Shown piece after piece: positions 18,273 through 29,886 of a stretch of 64,000 nt of DNA. The stretch lies in NCBI GenBank assembly GCA_963744145.1, contig CAVUSO010000001.1, positions 5,088,001-5,152,000 of the forward strand. Direction: 5' to 3'. Position numbers and translations under genes: made by a program. Below the pieces are notes generated by a model. The model worked only from the letters and a program-made list of their open reading frames with translations, was not told where the DNA came from and did no database searches. Position 1 is the first letter of the stretch. Every line of letters begins with the position of its first letter. The DNA is from an uncultured cyanobacterium. GTDB taxonomy: Bacteria > Cyanobacteriota > Cyanobacteriia > Cyanobacteriales > CAWUOF01.

Positions 18273-19546
18273 CATCAACATCTATCGCAGAGGAAAAAAA
18301 ATCAGAAAATCCGCCATTTTCCCACATAATTGTGATTAAACCGTTAGGATTTCTCTATGGCAGTGCTGGAAAGTTTTTATCACCAGAAAACTTAGTCGGA
18401 CGTTCTGGAACTAGCTTTCCTCCTAGTGCTGCCACTTTATCAGGTATTTTTGCGGCTTCCTTACCGCCCGATAAAATCAAAAATTTGCAGTTGGCTGGGC
18501 CTTTTTGGGCATGGAGTCACAATCCGCAAAATTTTTATGTTCCTACTCCTTTTAATTGCTTAGTCAAGGATAAAAAAATTCATCAGCAAATCGCGTGGTT
18601 CCAACAATGTAAAGATCCATGTAAAGGACGATGGTTAGCACAATTTAGGGTGTGGCAAAAGATCAATGGAGAGTTAGTAGGGTTAGATTTATATAAAACA
18701 CCACCTAATGATAAGTTTGAAAGCAAAACTTGGTTACCAATCAGACATTGGAAACGAATAAGACATAAAATAAATAAAGATAAAAACTTATTCAAGGAAA
18801 CCATACCCCAAGAAGAAAATTGCTTTCCTCAACTTAAAGTTGAATCACCCCCTTGGGAATTTGTCCCTCACCTGCACCCGCGACTACAAGAGGATCAAAG
18901 ACGAGTTATAAAGCCTGAAGAAGAACGAGAAAGGGGCAGTTTATTTTTAGAAAACGGAGTGCAATTAAATCCCGATGCGTGCTTAGTTTATTTGTCAAAT
19001 ATTTCTATTCCCGATGGTTGGTATCGGTTTGGTGGTGAAGGTCATTTAGTAGATTTGCGTTGTGAGAATATATGCCAAACTGTTACTGATTTACTCAAAG
19101 AAAAGTTAGGGCACAGTTTTGCATTAATCACTCCAGCAGTATGGGGTTCTAATCGGCTGTCTTACCGCGAACCAATGGTACAGGAAAATCAGGATAAAAA
19201 TGGTGAGTGGGTTCCTGCTTGGAAACGGGAAGCTTTACTGACAGAACGTAGTATCCCTTTCCGTTATCGCTTAGGAAATCCTCAACAATCGGCAGAAGGT
19301 GAGAAACGAAAAAGTAATGAAAAATTGCTGTCTCGCGGACGGTATGCGATGCCAGCAGGCAGTGTTTATGTGTTAGAAAAACCTCTCCCATCTTGGCAAG
19401 AATGGGATAAAGATTGGTTTCCCAAAGAAGGTGTTTCATTTAAACGTTGGGGTTGTGGGCTATCGTTACCTTTGGAAAGCGCACTTGTTCAAGAGTCAGA
19501 TCCACAAACAGCTAATACTTCTGAAATTTCCCTAGGAGATAATTAA
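18263..19546 (+). CDS. cmr3: Type III-B Cmr3 (Cas5 group)
   Basis: LYGSAG..LSPENLVGRSG, WYRFGGEGH, LITPAVWGS, RYAMPAGSVYV, WGCG; position after cmr2. Confidence 0.9.
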   Translation: MHITSTSIAEEKKSENPPFSHIIVIKPLGFLYGSAGKFLSPENLVGRSGTSFPPSAATLSGIFAASLPPDKIKNLQLAGPFWAWSHNPQNFYVPTPFNCLVKDKKIHQQIAWFQQCKDPCKGRWLAQFRVWQKINGELVGLDLYKTPPNDKFESKTWLPIRHWKRIRHKINKDKNLFKETIPQEENCFPQLKVESPPWEFVPHLHPRLQEDQRRVIKPEEERERGSLFLENGVQLNPDACLVYLSNISIPDGWYRFGGEGHLVDLRCENICQTVTDLLKEKLGHSFALITPAVWGSNRLSYREPMVQENQDKNGEWVPAWKREALLTERSIPFRYRLGNPQQSAEGEKRKSNEKLLSRGRYAMPAGSVYVLEKPLPSWQEWDKDWFPKEGVSFKRWGCGLSLPLESALVQESDPQTANTSEISLGDN

Positions 19547-20431
19547 ATGTATCACAAAGCTTATGGAATTATTGAAACCTTAGCCCCTTTACATATTGGA
19601 GCGACAGCAGGAGAAGAAACAGGAAATTTAAACTTGATTTTCCGCGATCAGTTTACCAAAACTGGGATTATTCCCGGTAGTTCAATTCGAGGAAGATTTC
19701 GCGCTGATATGCGATCACAAAATGGGAAAGTTTCTGAATGGTACGGTCACGAAGCGGTTGCAGGACAACAAGATGGCGGCACTACGGAAGCATCAGTTAA
19801 ATTTGAATATGCGTCTTTAGTATGGTTACCTGTTTTTTGTCCAGGTCAACCGATCGTTTGGGTAAGTTGTCCTTCACTGCTAAAACGTTACCAGCAAATC
19901 ACTCAAATTGATCGCAAGATCGATATTCCCAAACCTTACACGGCTGATCATGGATTAGAAGCGCGGTTAGTACCAGGAACAACTGAAAAAGTTTTATTCT
20001 TTAACTTGGGTTTTTTAGGGATTGAACATCAGGAAAATTTAGCCGTTTGGATTCCGATCGGTGCTGACTTACCTAAAAAACAATTAGTTGTTGTTGATGA
20101 TAACGATATCTCTATGCTGCATGATATGGCTTTGTATCGTCAAAGTCGTATTAAGATGCTGGATAATATGAAGAAAGTAGATACAAGAACGGGTGCTTTT
20201 TTTAATGTAGAAGCCTTGCCCGTTGGTAGTATTTTAGTGTTTCCAATAGCATCAAAACAATTCGGCTGGCAACCCTTTGGCAACCTGCAAAAAGATAAAA
20301 ATTATTCTCAAGAACTGTATTTTGGGGGATTAGAATCAATTGGATTTGGTCGGTGTAATGTAACCCTGGTAGGAGAAGCACTTGATCAGCCAGAAAATAT
20401 TCAAGCAACTACACAGGAGGTTAATAGCTAA
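19547..20431 (+). CDS. cmr4: Type III-B Cmr4 (Cas7 group RAMP)
   Basis: PLHIGA, IIPGSSIRGRFR, FGGLESIGFG glycine-rich loop. Confidence 0.95.
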   Translation: MYHKAYGIIETLAPLHIGATAGEETGNLNLIFRDQFTKTGIIPGSSIRGRFRADMRSQNGKVSEWYGHEAVAGQQDGGTTEASVKFEYASLVWLPVFCPGQPIVWVSCPSLLKRYQQITQIDRKIDIPKPYTADHGLEARLVPGTTEKVLFFNLGFLGIEHQENLAVWIPIGADLPKKQLVVVDDNDISMLHDMALYRQSRIKMLDNMKKVDTRTGAFFNVEALPVGSILVFPIASKQFGWQPFGNLQKDKNYSQELYFGGLESIGFGRCNVTLVGEALDQPENIQATTQEVNS

Positions 20432-20955
20432 TGGCTTGGAAATATTACAATTTCGAGGAAAATGGTCAGCAGTTACACAGTTTAGATCAAGTAGCGCAAA
20501 ATCTGGTTTTGGCGGCTAAGGAACGATTGGTGAAGGATGACAGGGGACGGATTGTTTTAGATGACAATGGACAAGGTAAACATTCGCTCAATCAATCCTT
20601 TAAAATGCGGGAAGCAGTTGCTTACGGGTTAGAGCGTTTTTGGGGAGAGCATTTGCGTTTTCAAGGTAAATCGAAGTTTAATTGCGATGAATTTGATAAT
20701 AAATCTAAGTATTGGAAGGATACTTGGGATGCTTTAGTGATAATTATGCGGCAAGGTGGTGTCATTATTCCCAATGATTCAGTTCATATTGACAGACCGA
20801 ATTCTGTGAAGTCAATGGCACAGAAATTATGGGCTTTGGATATTAAAGACCAGCGAATTATCTTGGCTGTTTTGACACAGTTATGCGATTCCATTGTCTG
20901 GTGGACACAGCGGTATAAAGGACCTGGGGATTTAACAATTGATGAAGATAATTAG
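20431..20955 (+). CDS. cmr5: Small subunit Cmr5 (Cas11)
   Basis: KMREAVAYGLERFWGE and LTQLCDSIVWWTQRYK; operon position. Confidence 0.8.
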   Translation: MAWKYYNFEENGQQLHSLDQVAQNLVLAAKERLVKDDRGRIVLDDNGQGKHSLNQSFKMREAVAYGLERFWGEHLRFQGKSKFNCDEFDNKSKYWKDTWDALVIIMRQGGVIIPNDSVHIDRPNSVKSMAQKLWALDIKDQRIILAVLTQLCDSIVWWTQRYKGPGDLTIDEDN

Positions 20956-20966
20956 GAGATTAAATC

Positions 20967-22712
20967 ATGGTAAATATTCCCAATGCAGCTAATCTAATTC
21001 CCTTAATGTTTCAGGCACAAGCGAAAGGGCGATCGCAACTTCAGTACATTGATAGTACCAAAGAAGCCGAGGAACAAGATTCTTACAAATGGGCTGCTCA
21101 GTGGACTGATAAAGCTTATCCCAATCCGCCAGAATTTGGTGATAAGACATCTACAAAAATCTATCAAATCCAGTGGCGTTTTGTTACTAATGGCGGACAA
21201 TATGAAGGAATTATTTTTCCTGCCCTTGGTGCTTTTGGGTTACCTTTTTATCCAGGTAGCAGTATGAAAGGCGCATTTTGTCAAGCTTGCACTGATGACC
21301 AGAAAAAACGCTACCGTTTGACTAAAAATGGTGATGAACCAAGTTTATTACGCTTTCACGGTGGTTATCCGGTGAATGATTGGAAGGAGAATTTAGTAGA
21401 TATTGTTCATCCACAACAAGGATGGCAGATCAAAACATCTAATACCGCTCAAAAACCAGGAGGTGAAACAGGTTTTGCCCTAATTTCTTTATGGCAACCT
21501 ATTATTAAATTTGGAATTTCTAGTTTATTACCAGAAACTAATTGGGATGAAGTTTGGGCAATTTGGGAAAAAGCTTTAGGTTATGGAATTGGCTGTCGTA
21601 CCAGTAGTGGGTATGGGTTGCCAAAAGAGCGTTTAAATGAGAAAGGAGAAGTGGATTGTCCGATCCAAGTTCAGGGGGAAGTTCTCTATAAAGCTCATTT
21701 AAAAGGACAGGGACAAGCGCCAACTTTGATCGATAAAACTCCGGAATTTCGCCCAAATATTTTTAGGGGAAGTTTGCGGAGTCATGCTTTGCGGATTTTT
21801 GGAGGATTAACGAATTCAAAAACCGCAGAAAAGTTAGTAGAAAATTTATTTGGTGGAGTGAATGATGGTGGAACTCAGGGATTATTAACTTGCGTGTTTC
21901 AATCCTCATCTTTAAAACTAGGTGAGTTTACTGATGGATATAACGAGCCAACTTACAAAGTAGCTGGAGAATTACGTTGGTTATTGATGTCACCCCGTCA
22001 ATTGGATGAAAACAAAAAGGAGGTACTGAAAAGGTTATTAAGGGCTTTAATGCAGTTTGCAATGTTATTTGGTGGTTTTGGTAAGTCGTGGCGACGGGTC
22101 GATCATCGCCTATTTCCCTATGAATATAAAAATCATAGAGGTCAATTTGAAAACTACTACGATCGTCATCAACCACTGATTGGCTGTCACTGGGAGTGGA
22201 ATAGAAATTCCCTAATAAATGCGACTAATATTCCCTCTTTGAATCGCGTTGCGTCGTTTATTAATAAACTGAGAGAAATTGCTGGTGAATGGATGCACCT
22301 AAATAACTTAGAACCGAATGAAAATCAATATTCTCCTTGGCGAGAATCTTGGCATCCTGAGACTGTGCAAGTATGGGGACGATTGGCTGATGGAGCTGAT
22401 CATTGTGTTGCTATTAAATGGCTTCATGAAGCTTATCAAAGAGCTGATCGTCGTACCGGAATACCTGAGTTAAGGATTAAAAAAACTTCTGTTACTGGTT
22501 GCATAAATAAAATTAGTAGGCTTTGGCTTCGGATGTATCCAGTAGTTCGGCTGGTAGACGATCTAAACAATCCAGGGAAGAAAATCCCAAAGCTGACTCC
22601 TAATTATCTGGAACTATTGACTATTTTTCCTGATGATTCAGATGATTTCAATAATTTTGTCAATTTTCTCGATTCAGAGCCAGAAGGGTTTCGACAGCTT
22701 TGGTCTCTTTGA
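20967..22712 (+). CDS. cmr6: Cmr6-Cmr1 double-RAMP fusion (III-B variant)
   Basis: Two RAMP modules: YPGSSMKG...GIGCRTSSGYG and EFRPNIFRG...GGFGKSWRR. Confidence 0.85.
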   Translation: MVNIPNAANLIPLMFQAQAKGRSQLQYIDSTKEAEEQDSYKWAAQWTDKAYPNPPEFGDKTSTKIYQIQWRFVTNGGQYEGIIFPALGAFGLPFYPGSSMKGAFCQACTDDQKKRYRLTKNGDEPSLLRFHGGYPVNDWKENLVDIVHPQQGWQIKTSNTAQKPGGETGFALISLWQPIIKFGISSLLPETNWDEVWAIWEKALGYGIGCRTSSGYGLPKERLNEKGEVDCPIQVQGEVLYKAHLKGQGQAPTLIDKTPEFRPNIFRGSLRSHALRIFGGLTNSKTAEKLVENLFGGVNDGGTQGLLTCVFQSSSLKLGEFTDGYNEPTYKVAGELRWLLMSPRQLDENKKEVLKRLLRALMQFAMLFGGFGKSWRRVDHRLFPYEYKNHRGQFENYYDRHQPLIGCHWEWNRNSLINATNIPSLNRVASFINKLREIAGEWMHLNNLEPNENQYSPWRESWHPETVQVWGRLADGADHCVAIKWLHEAYQRADRRTGIPELRIKKTSVTGCINKISRLWLRMYPVVRLVDDLNNPGKKIPKLTPNYLELLTIFPDDSDDFNNFVNFLDSEPEGFRQLWSL

Positions 22713-22803
22713 TCAAATCTTGGTGTTGGATCAATACAGCAGAGGTTCTACCGGCAGAGGTTCCATCGGAACCTCTCTACCAGGTCGTTAATATTAGATC
22801 CGA

Positions 22804-23276
22804 GTTGTCTGGGATATGAGATAGAGTGAGTTCATTTAGGTGATCTGTGGGGTTGGGCGGGTTCATCAATACCTCGACTGCGCTCGGCACAAGGGTTATT
22901 TGTGTGTTGCAAATTCATCGGTGAACCCGCCCCTACAGGTGATCGAATTTCCGATGTTTAAACAGATTTTCTGCCTGTCGGATTCATCAAATTCGCTCGG
23001 TTTGGCGGTGGAGCGGTCGGACTAATGGTATAAGTTCCAGAACACTTGTGTCGAACACTTGCTCTGAGTTTACCCTGAGCGTAGTCGAAGGGTAGTCGAG
23101 ACATCAAGATTAAATGAGCTCATCAAAATGTCTTGTCGATGAATCAATGCCCACCATCAACCAGGATTTGTAGGGGCGGGTTACCGCTAAACTTGCCACA
23201 CACAAATAACTATAACGAACCCGCCCACCCCACAGATCACCTGAATGAACTCACCCCATCTGACATCACAGACAAC
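22804..23276. repeat. Large inverted repeat of REP-like units (REPIN/MITE-like)
   Basis: 22804-22937 is approximately the reverse complement of 23169-23276; contains GAACCCGCCCCTAC units and a central CCCTGAGCGTAGTCGAAGGG. Confidence 0.75.
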
Positions 23277-23381
23277 ACTGCTATACTTCATAAACAGGTC
23301 ATAGGCTTTATCATATTAACAGACTTAAGTGATTAATTATCGCCCGAATGCTTCGCCCCTACCAGGATGATTTACCAAGGA

Positions 23382-26108
23382 CTACCGATCATGCTCCCAT
23401 TGTAATTGGGGTAATTGATCCATTGTTAAGCGTGTATCCCATAATTGAATATAGGAATTACTTGAATTTCCTGGTTCAAATTCCGCATGGGTCGCTAAAT
23501 GGATGATGGGAAAAGGTATGTGATTTCGAGCTGATTTAAGATTAGTTAAAGTAAAATTTTCATTCAGAAAAGATTGACCTTTCCATAATTGTGGTGTAAT
23601 GGTAGAAATTTCGGTCTGCACCGCAGGTAAAGCATTTTGGGTTTTAAATTTATCCGCACCCATGGCTAAAACTTGTTGATTTTTGAGGGATTGATAGCGA
23701 TTATCAGTTAAGCTGATACTAGGAATCATTCCCAAGCTATATTGTTCAATTAAAAAATGTTTACCATCATGTAAAGCTGCTAAGGGAATCAGACGTAATC
23801 CCGCATCCATTGAAAAAATTAGGGTATCAACTTTGAGCGCATCAAGATCAGATTTGAGTGGGGAAATTAACCAGGAATAAAGTTGTTGTGCTGGAGCTAG
23901 GTAACTGTTTGTATGACGTTGACTAGGAGCAGCAATATTATCACGAAATTTCCCTAATGTCTCTAGTAAAAGCTGACGATTAGCGTTAGTAACAGTTTTG
24001 AGGATTGGTGGTCCTTCGGGAACAACTAATAATAATTGTAAATGCTCTTTATAAGCGATCGCATAAACAATAACTGGATTAGTTTTAGTTTGGACAGCAA
24101 TTTTTTTCAGAATATTTCTAATTCCTTGAGCAGTAACTTTGGTGTGAGGATGATTGGTAGATGAGTTATTTTCATATTCGTTAGTGCGGATTTCTTCGAT
24201 TTGAGCGATCGCTGTATCTAAGTTACCCGCATCGATAGTAGTCGCGATCGCTTGACGAGCAATTTCTAGGTTGGGTAGATTGGTAATTGAAGGAGTTGTG
24301 GTGGATGCGATCGTTTGGGTTGTTGGAGTTGGTGCGATCGTTTGTGGAGTTGTTGAATTTGTTGGAGTTGGTGCGATCGGGTCCGAATTAGTAGAAGGTT
24401 TGGTAATCGCATTTACTGCTAACGATGATTGAATGGGAATAGAATTAATTGGTAATGTAACTGAATCAACTGCTCCGGAAAAAACATAATTATTGACTGG
24501 TGAACTGTAAAAATTTGGCAGCACATCAGCATTGATTGTGAGAATTGGTTGATTAGAAATAAACCAAACAAAGTTATAATTTCCAGTTGTCGAGTTTTGA
24601 TTAATAGCAGTTTTAGCACCAAGGAGATCACCAATTAAATAAGCTAAAGACTCGAATTGATTTTGAGGTATATTGGTTGAAGGTGTTGAATTTGAACTGA
24701 CTGTTCCAGAATTAACTGGAGCAGGGTTTGAATTTACTGTTCCAGAATTAACTGGAGCAAGGTTTGAATTTACTGTTCCAGAATTAACTGGAGCAGGGTT
24801 AATCCCAGGATTTGGATTAACATTAGTTATTGATCCAGAAGTGGTACTTGTGGAAATAGTATTTGTCTGAGAAACTAACCCGGAGATATTATTTGTCACA
24901 CCAGTGATAGGATTGGTAGTAGTGACGACACTGTTGAGATTAGAATTAGTCGAAGTTTGAGAGTTAGCAATTGTACCAGAGTTGGAAATATTAGAAGTAG
25001 ATCCAGAGTTAGTATTAGCAGAAACTGGAGCTGGAGTTGGAGAACTTGATGGTGATGGAGAAACTGGTGCAGAAATCGAGATAATTTGGAGATTATTTGA
25101 GTCTTGAGTATAAGTATTCAAGTAAGATGAAGTCGGTGCAATAGTTTGTGCTAATATTGCCAGGATTATTGGTTACAGTTCCTGTAATCAATGCACCATA
25201 GCTGACATCTATTCCCTGTTGACTATTAAGAACAATATTACCACCAGATGTGTTTCCATCTGCTTGAAGATAACCACTAATAATATTGCCATTAGTAGTA
25301 GTCATTTTAATATCTCCACCATTACCCATGTTAGAATGAGTAGTAATCGCTGATGCTGAAGTAGTATTAATATCACCAACGCTCTGTAATGTAATATTAC
25401 CAGCATTACCAGAGTTAGAATTAGCATTGATTACGGGTATCGCACTATTACCACCTGTCGTAATATTACCATTAGTCGTGTAATTGATCCATCGGGTGCA
25501 TTTAATTTCCCTGTACTAATCACCGTACCTCCTAATAAGGTTAAGTTCTGTTTTGGTGCTAGAGTTAAATCCCCTGTATTGACAATATTTCCTGGTGATA
25601 AGGTAGTAAAAGCAAAACTCTGAGGATCTCCTCCTAATAAAGAGTAGTTATTATTACGGTTGATATCTAACCAATTAGTACCAATTCCAATTTGATTAGC
25701 TGTAGTAACTGTAAACGAACCTGGTAAATTTAAACTTGCATTTGGACCAAATATAATCCCGCTCGGATTGATTAAGAATAGATGGGAATTACCACCAGTA
25801 ACTTGAAGTAAACCATTAATTTGGGAAATACTTCCTCCTTTAATTATACTGAGAATATTCTGAATATTGGGCTGAGATTGAAAATTCGCTATTTGTCCAG
25901 AATTAAGATTAAATTTTGTAAAAGTATAAAAAAGATTAGTCCGATCGCTTGACAATTGTCCGCCATTAATAGTAAATTGGTTGCGATTGCGATTCACGAT
26001 CGTATTAGTCCCATCAACCGCAGGAATAATTGGTTCCGCAACTGCACTTAATCCCGCGATCGCACCATAAAACGATAGGGTAGCAAATAATCCTGTTATT
26101 CTTTTCAT
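23382..26108 (-). pseudogene. Haemagglutinin(TPS)-domain...CHAT-domain protein, frameshifted and C-terminally truncated
   Basis: Three collinear ORFs (signal peptide + LINPSGIIFG; GN/GD repeats; CHAT with LIPLAALHDG and HLATHAEF); stops before the catalytic-Cys LSAC motif. Confidence 0.8.
24690..24800. repeat. 36-bp coding tandem repeat (PAPVNSGTVNSN x3)
   Basis: ACTGTTCCAGAATTAACTGGAGCA repeated three times at a 36-bp period. Confidence 0.85.
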
Positions 26109-26287
26109 GTTGAGTATATTTACGGGAAAAACTAGATTAAGATCTGTTCAAGACACCCTGGATTTTTAGGAAAACACTACTATTTAGATATTTCCCTGTT
26201 TAGCATAATTTCTTGCACATTTAATAAAAAAAGCTGATCTTCTCAGTAGATAATTAAAAATGGTCAATTGACCAAGGAACCCGAAGT

Positions 26288-28708
26288 ATGTTTGAACTCC
26301 TAGAATTGATTGTGGAAAGTGATGAAAAAGTTGATTTAGGTCAATTTTTATTGTGGTTGCGCTCTCAACAAGAAAAAAAATATCTATTAAGAAACGATAT
26401 CTTGTCTGCATTTTTTAGTTATTACAAAAGTCAAAAGAAAACGGATGGAGATTACCAGTCTTCTGCTTTGGTAAAACTGATCTATTGTACTCAAGAAATT
26501 ATGATCGAGGGAGAAAGTTATTGTTTCGTAATCCGACCAAAAATTGCCCAACAAGAAATCTTTCGGATTGCAGCAGATTTGTCAATTACTCCGCTTAGTA
26601 CCCAGGAATTGCTAGATTTTCGCGATCGCTTAGTAAATCGTTCCCATCCCGAGGAAGGAGATGTACTAGAAATTGATTTCCAACCTTTCTACGACTACAC
26701 TCCCACAATTCGCGATCCGAAAAATATTGGTAAAGGGGCACAATTTCTCAACCGTTATTTATCGAGCAAATTGTTTCAAGAGCCAAAGGAATGGTTAGAT
26801 TCTTTATTTAAGTTCTTGAGTCTACATAAATACGATGGGATGCAATTATTGATCAACGAGCGGATTCAGACCCAAACGCAACTTTCTATCCAAGTTAAAC
26901 AAGCTCTAGAGCTAATTAGTAAACGTCCAAGTGATCAACCATTTGCTAGTTTCCGATTTGAGCTACAAAGCATGGGATTTGAACCAGGATGGGGAAATAT
27001 TGCTAGTCGAGTCAGAGAATCCTTAGAACTATTAGATAGTCTAATTGACTCCCCCGATCCCCAAACCCTAGAAGAATTTCTGTCTCGGATTCCGATGATC
27101 TTTCGGATTGTTTTAGTATCACCCCACGGTTGGTTTGGACAGGAAGGAGTATTAGGACGACCAGATACAGGAGGACAAGTAGTCTATGTTTTAGATCAAG
27201 CTAAAAGTCTGGAACAACAACTCCATGAAGATATTGCTCTTTCAGGACTTGATGTTCTGAATGTACAACCCAAAGTGATGGTATTAACTCGTCTCATTCC
27301 GAACAGTGATGGGACTCGATGTAATCAGCGTTTAGAGAAAATCTATGGTACTACAAATGCGTGGATTTTGCGAGTTCCCTTCCGAGAATTTAACCCCAAA
27401 ATAACCCAGAATTGGATCTCTCGGTTTGAAATTTGGCCCTATTTAGAAACCTATGCGATCGATGCTGAACGAGAATTATTAGCAGAATTCCAGGGTCACC
27501 CGGATCTGATTGTGGGGAACTATTCAGATGGAAATTTAGTAGCATTTTTACTAGCTAAACGTTTAAAGATTACTCACTGTATTATTGCCCATGCACTGGA
27601 AAAATCTAAATATTTATTTAGCAATCTCTACTGGCAAGATTTAGAAGACAAATATCATTTTTCCCTCCAGTTTACTGCGGATTTATTAGCGATGAATGCT
27701 GCCAATTTTATCATCAGCAGTACCTATCAAGAAATAGTCGGCACCCCTGATAGTGTGGGGCAATATGAATCTTATCAATGTTTCACCATGCCAGAATTAT
27801 ACCATGTCGTGAATGGGATTGAATTATTCAGTCCGAAGTTTAATGTTGTACCTCCGGGGGTAAATGAAGCTTATTTTTTCCCCTATACCAATACTACATT
27901 ACGGAGGGAACAAGCGCGTCTGGAAGATTTACTATTTACCTTAGTAGATTCTAGTCAAGTCTTTGGTGATTTGGATGATCCAAAAAAACGCCCAATATTT
28001 TCCATGGCTCGTTTAGATCGGATTAAAAACTTAACCGGATTAGTCGAATGTTTTGGTAAAAGTGAAGCTCTGCAAGAATCCTGTAATTTAATCTTAATTG
28101 CTGGTAAATTAAAGGTAGAAGAAAGTAGCGATCGCGAAGAAATAGATGAAATTGAAAAACTTTATCGCGTGATTGATCAATATCACCTGAAGGGCAAAAT
28201 CCGTTGGTTGGGAGTACGACTATCTAAAACCGAAACAGGAGAAGTGTATCGATTGATAGCTGATCATCGGGGAATATTCGTCCAACCTGCTTTATTTGAA
28301 GCATTTGGGTTAACTATTTTAGAAGCAATGATCACTGGATTACCTACTTTTGCGACTCGTTTTGGTGGACCATTAGAAATTATTCAAGATCGGGTAAATG
28401 GTTTTTATATTAACCCCACCGATCTCGAAGGAATGGCACAAATTATTCTCTCCTTTATCAAAAATTGTGAGCAAAATCCTCAATATTGGCAAGATATTTC
28501 CCAACAAGCGATTAATCGTGTTTACAGCTCTTATACTTGGCAAATTCATACTACCCGTTTACTTTCTCTTGCCCGAATTTATAGTTTTTGGAACTATACT
28601 TCCCAGGAAAAACGAGAGGATTTACTGCGTTATATTGAGGCTATTTTCTACCTTCTATTTAAGCCCAGAGCGCAGCAATTACTAGCAACGCATATCCAAC
28701 GGAATTAA
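26288..28708 (+). CDS. susA: Sucrose synthase
   Basis: 806 aa; PDTGGQVVY, GNYSDGNL, HALEK, MARLDRIKN, EAFGLT. Confidence 0.95.
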   Translation: MFELLELIVESDEKVDLGQFLLWLRSQQEKKYLLRNDILSAFFSYYKSQKKTDGDYQSSALVKLIYCTQEIMIEGESYCFVIRPKIAQQEIFRIAADLSITPLSTQELLDFRDRLVNRSHPEEGDVLEIDFQPFYDYTPTIRDPKNIGKGAQFLNRYLSSKLFQEPKEWLDSLFKFLSLHKYDGMQLLINERIQTQTQLSIQVKQALELISKRPSDQPFASFRFELQSMGFEPGWGNIASRVRESLELLDSLIDSPDPQTLEEFLSRIPMIFRIVLVSPHGWFGQEGVLGRPDTGGQVVYVLDQAKSLEQQLHEDIALSGLDVLNVQPKVMVLTRLIPNSDGTRCNQRLEKIYGTTNAWILRVPFREFNPKITQNWISRFEIWPYLETYAIDAERELLAEFQGHPDLIVGNYSDGNLVAFLLAKRLKITHCIIAHALEKSKYLFSNLYWQDLEDKYHFSLQFTADLLAMNAANFIISSTYQEIVGTPDSVGQYESYQCFTMPELYHVVNGIELFSPKFNVVPPGVNEAYFFPYTNTTLRREQARLEDLLFTLVDSSQVFGDLDDPKKRPIFSMARLDRIKNLTGLVECFGKSEALQESCNLILIAGKLKVEESSDREEIDEIEKLYRVIDQYHLKGKIRWLGVRLSKTETGEVYRLIADHRGIFVQPALFEAFGLTILEAMITGLPTFATRFGGPLEIIQDRVNGFYINPTDLEGMAQIILSFIKNCEQNPQYWQDISQQAINRVYSSYTWQIHTTRLLSLARIYSFWNYTSQEKREDLLRYIEAIFYLLFKPRAQQLLATHIQRN

Positions 28709-28781
28709 AATTGGGATTGGTCTAATCTAGAAATTAAATAATTAATTTGCTTGGTAGAGGGATCTCGGTCAAGAAGGGTTT

Positions 28782-28870
28782 ACCCTGAGCGTAGTCGAAG
28801 GGCGAAGCATTCGGATATAACATTAACGGGTTTAATCAATAAATTGTCGCCCGAATGCTTCGCCCCTACA
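28782..28870. repeat. REP-like inverted repeat between convergent genes
   Basis: GGGCGAAGCATTCGG...CCGAATGCTTCGCCC plus CCCTGAGCGTAGTCGAAGGG; the same units occur at 23072-23092 and 23340-23362. Confidence 0.75.
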
Positions 28871-28884
28871 AAATGTATTAACAT

Positions 28885-29886
28885 TTAACCGTGGCGTTTT
28901 TGGTGCCATTTCCAAGCATGACTAATAATTTCTTTCAGCTCTGAATATTGAGGACTCCAATGAAGTATTTGTCTAGCTTTGGTACTGGTTCCGACTAAAA
29001 ATGGTGGATCTCCAGGACGTTGATCGCACTCTAAACATTTAATCTCTTTTCCGGTTACTTCCCTAGCCACATTAATCACTTGCTTAACGGAAAAACCATT
29101 CCCATTGCCTAAATTAAAAACTTCCGTGTTTCCACCTTGCAATAAATATTCTAACCCCAAGATATGAGCAGTGGCTAGATCAGTAACATGGATATAATCA
29201 CGAATACAAGTCCCATCAGCAGTAGGATAATCAGTCCCAAAAATTGTGACTGATTCCTGTTTTCCTAAAGCTGTAAATAACACCAAGGGAATTAAATGGG
29301 TTTCTGGTTGATGATCTTCTCCTAACAATCCGGTAGGATCAGCACCTGCGGCATTAAAATAACGGAAGCGCACTGATTTAAAATCATAAGCAGAATCAAA
29401 ATCAGAGAGAATTCGCTCCACCATCAACTTACTAGCACCATAAGGATTAATCGGGTGTTGAGGATGATGTTCGGGAATGGGAATTTCTGTAGGTATCCCG
29501 TAGGTAGCACAAGTAGAAGAAAACACAAACTTTTTCACCGATGCAGCTAACATGGCTTCTAGGAGCGTTAAGGTGCCGATTACATTATTATGATAATATT
29601 TAGCCGGTGCCGTAACCGACTCTCCTACATAAGCATAAGCCGCAAAGTGGATCACAGCGGCAATATTATAGGTGCTAAATATCTGATCTAATAAGTGGCG
29701 ATCGCTAGTATCTCCTTCAATCAGTTTAACTTGCAATACTTGTTCGACCAGATCCCGATGTCCATATACTAGATTATCTAAAACAATTACTTCATAACCT
29801 GCTCTACTCAGAGCTAAAACAGCATGAGAGCCAATATATCCTGCACCACCTGTCACAAGTATGGTTAATTTGGCTGAAGACATCAA
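28885..29886 (-). CDS. galE: UDP-glucose 4-epimerase
   Basis: GGAGYIG, YVGESV, YGASK, RYFNAAGA, RDYIHV. Confidence 0.96.
   Translation of the reverse strand: MMSSAKLTILVTGGAGYIGSHAVLALSRAGYEVIVLDNLVYGHRDLVEQVLQVKLIEGDTSDRHLLDQIFSTYNIAAVIHFAAYAYVGESVTAPAKYYHNNVIGTLTLLEAMLAASVKKFVFSSTCATYGIPTEIPIPEHHPQHPINPYGASKLMVERILSDFDSAYDFKSVRFRYFNAAGADPTGLLGEDHQPETHLIPLVLFTALGKQESVTIFGTDYPTADGTCIRDYIHVTDLATAHILGLEYLLQGGNTEVFNLGNGNGFSVKQVINVAREVTGKEIKCLECDQRPGDPPFLVGTSTKARQILHWSPQYSELKEIISHAWKWHQKRHG

Noticed and set aside
23382..25121. CHAT protease as a type III CRISPR effector
   Set aside because: It belongs to a broken secreted haemagglutinin-CHAT gene, is convergent to the operon and lacks the catalytic Cys region.
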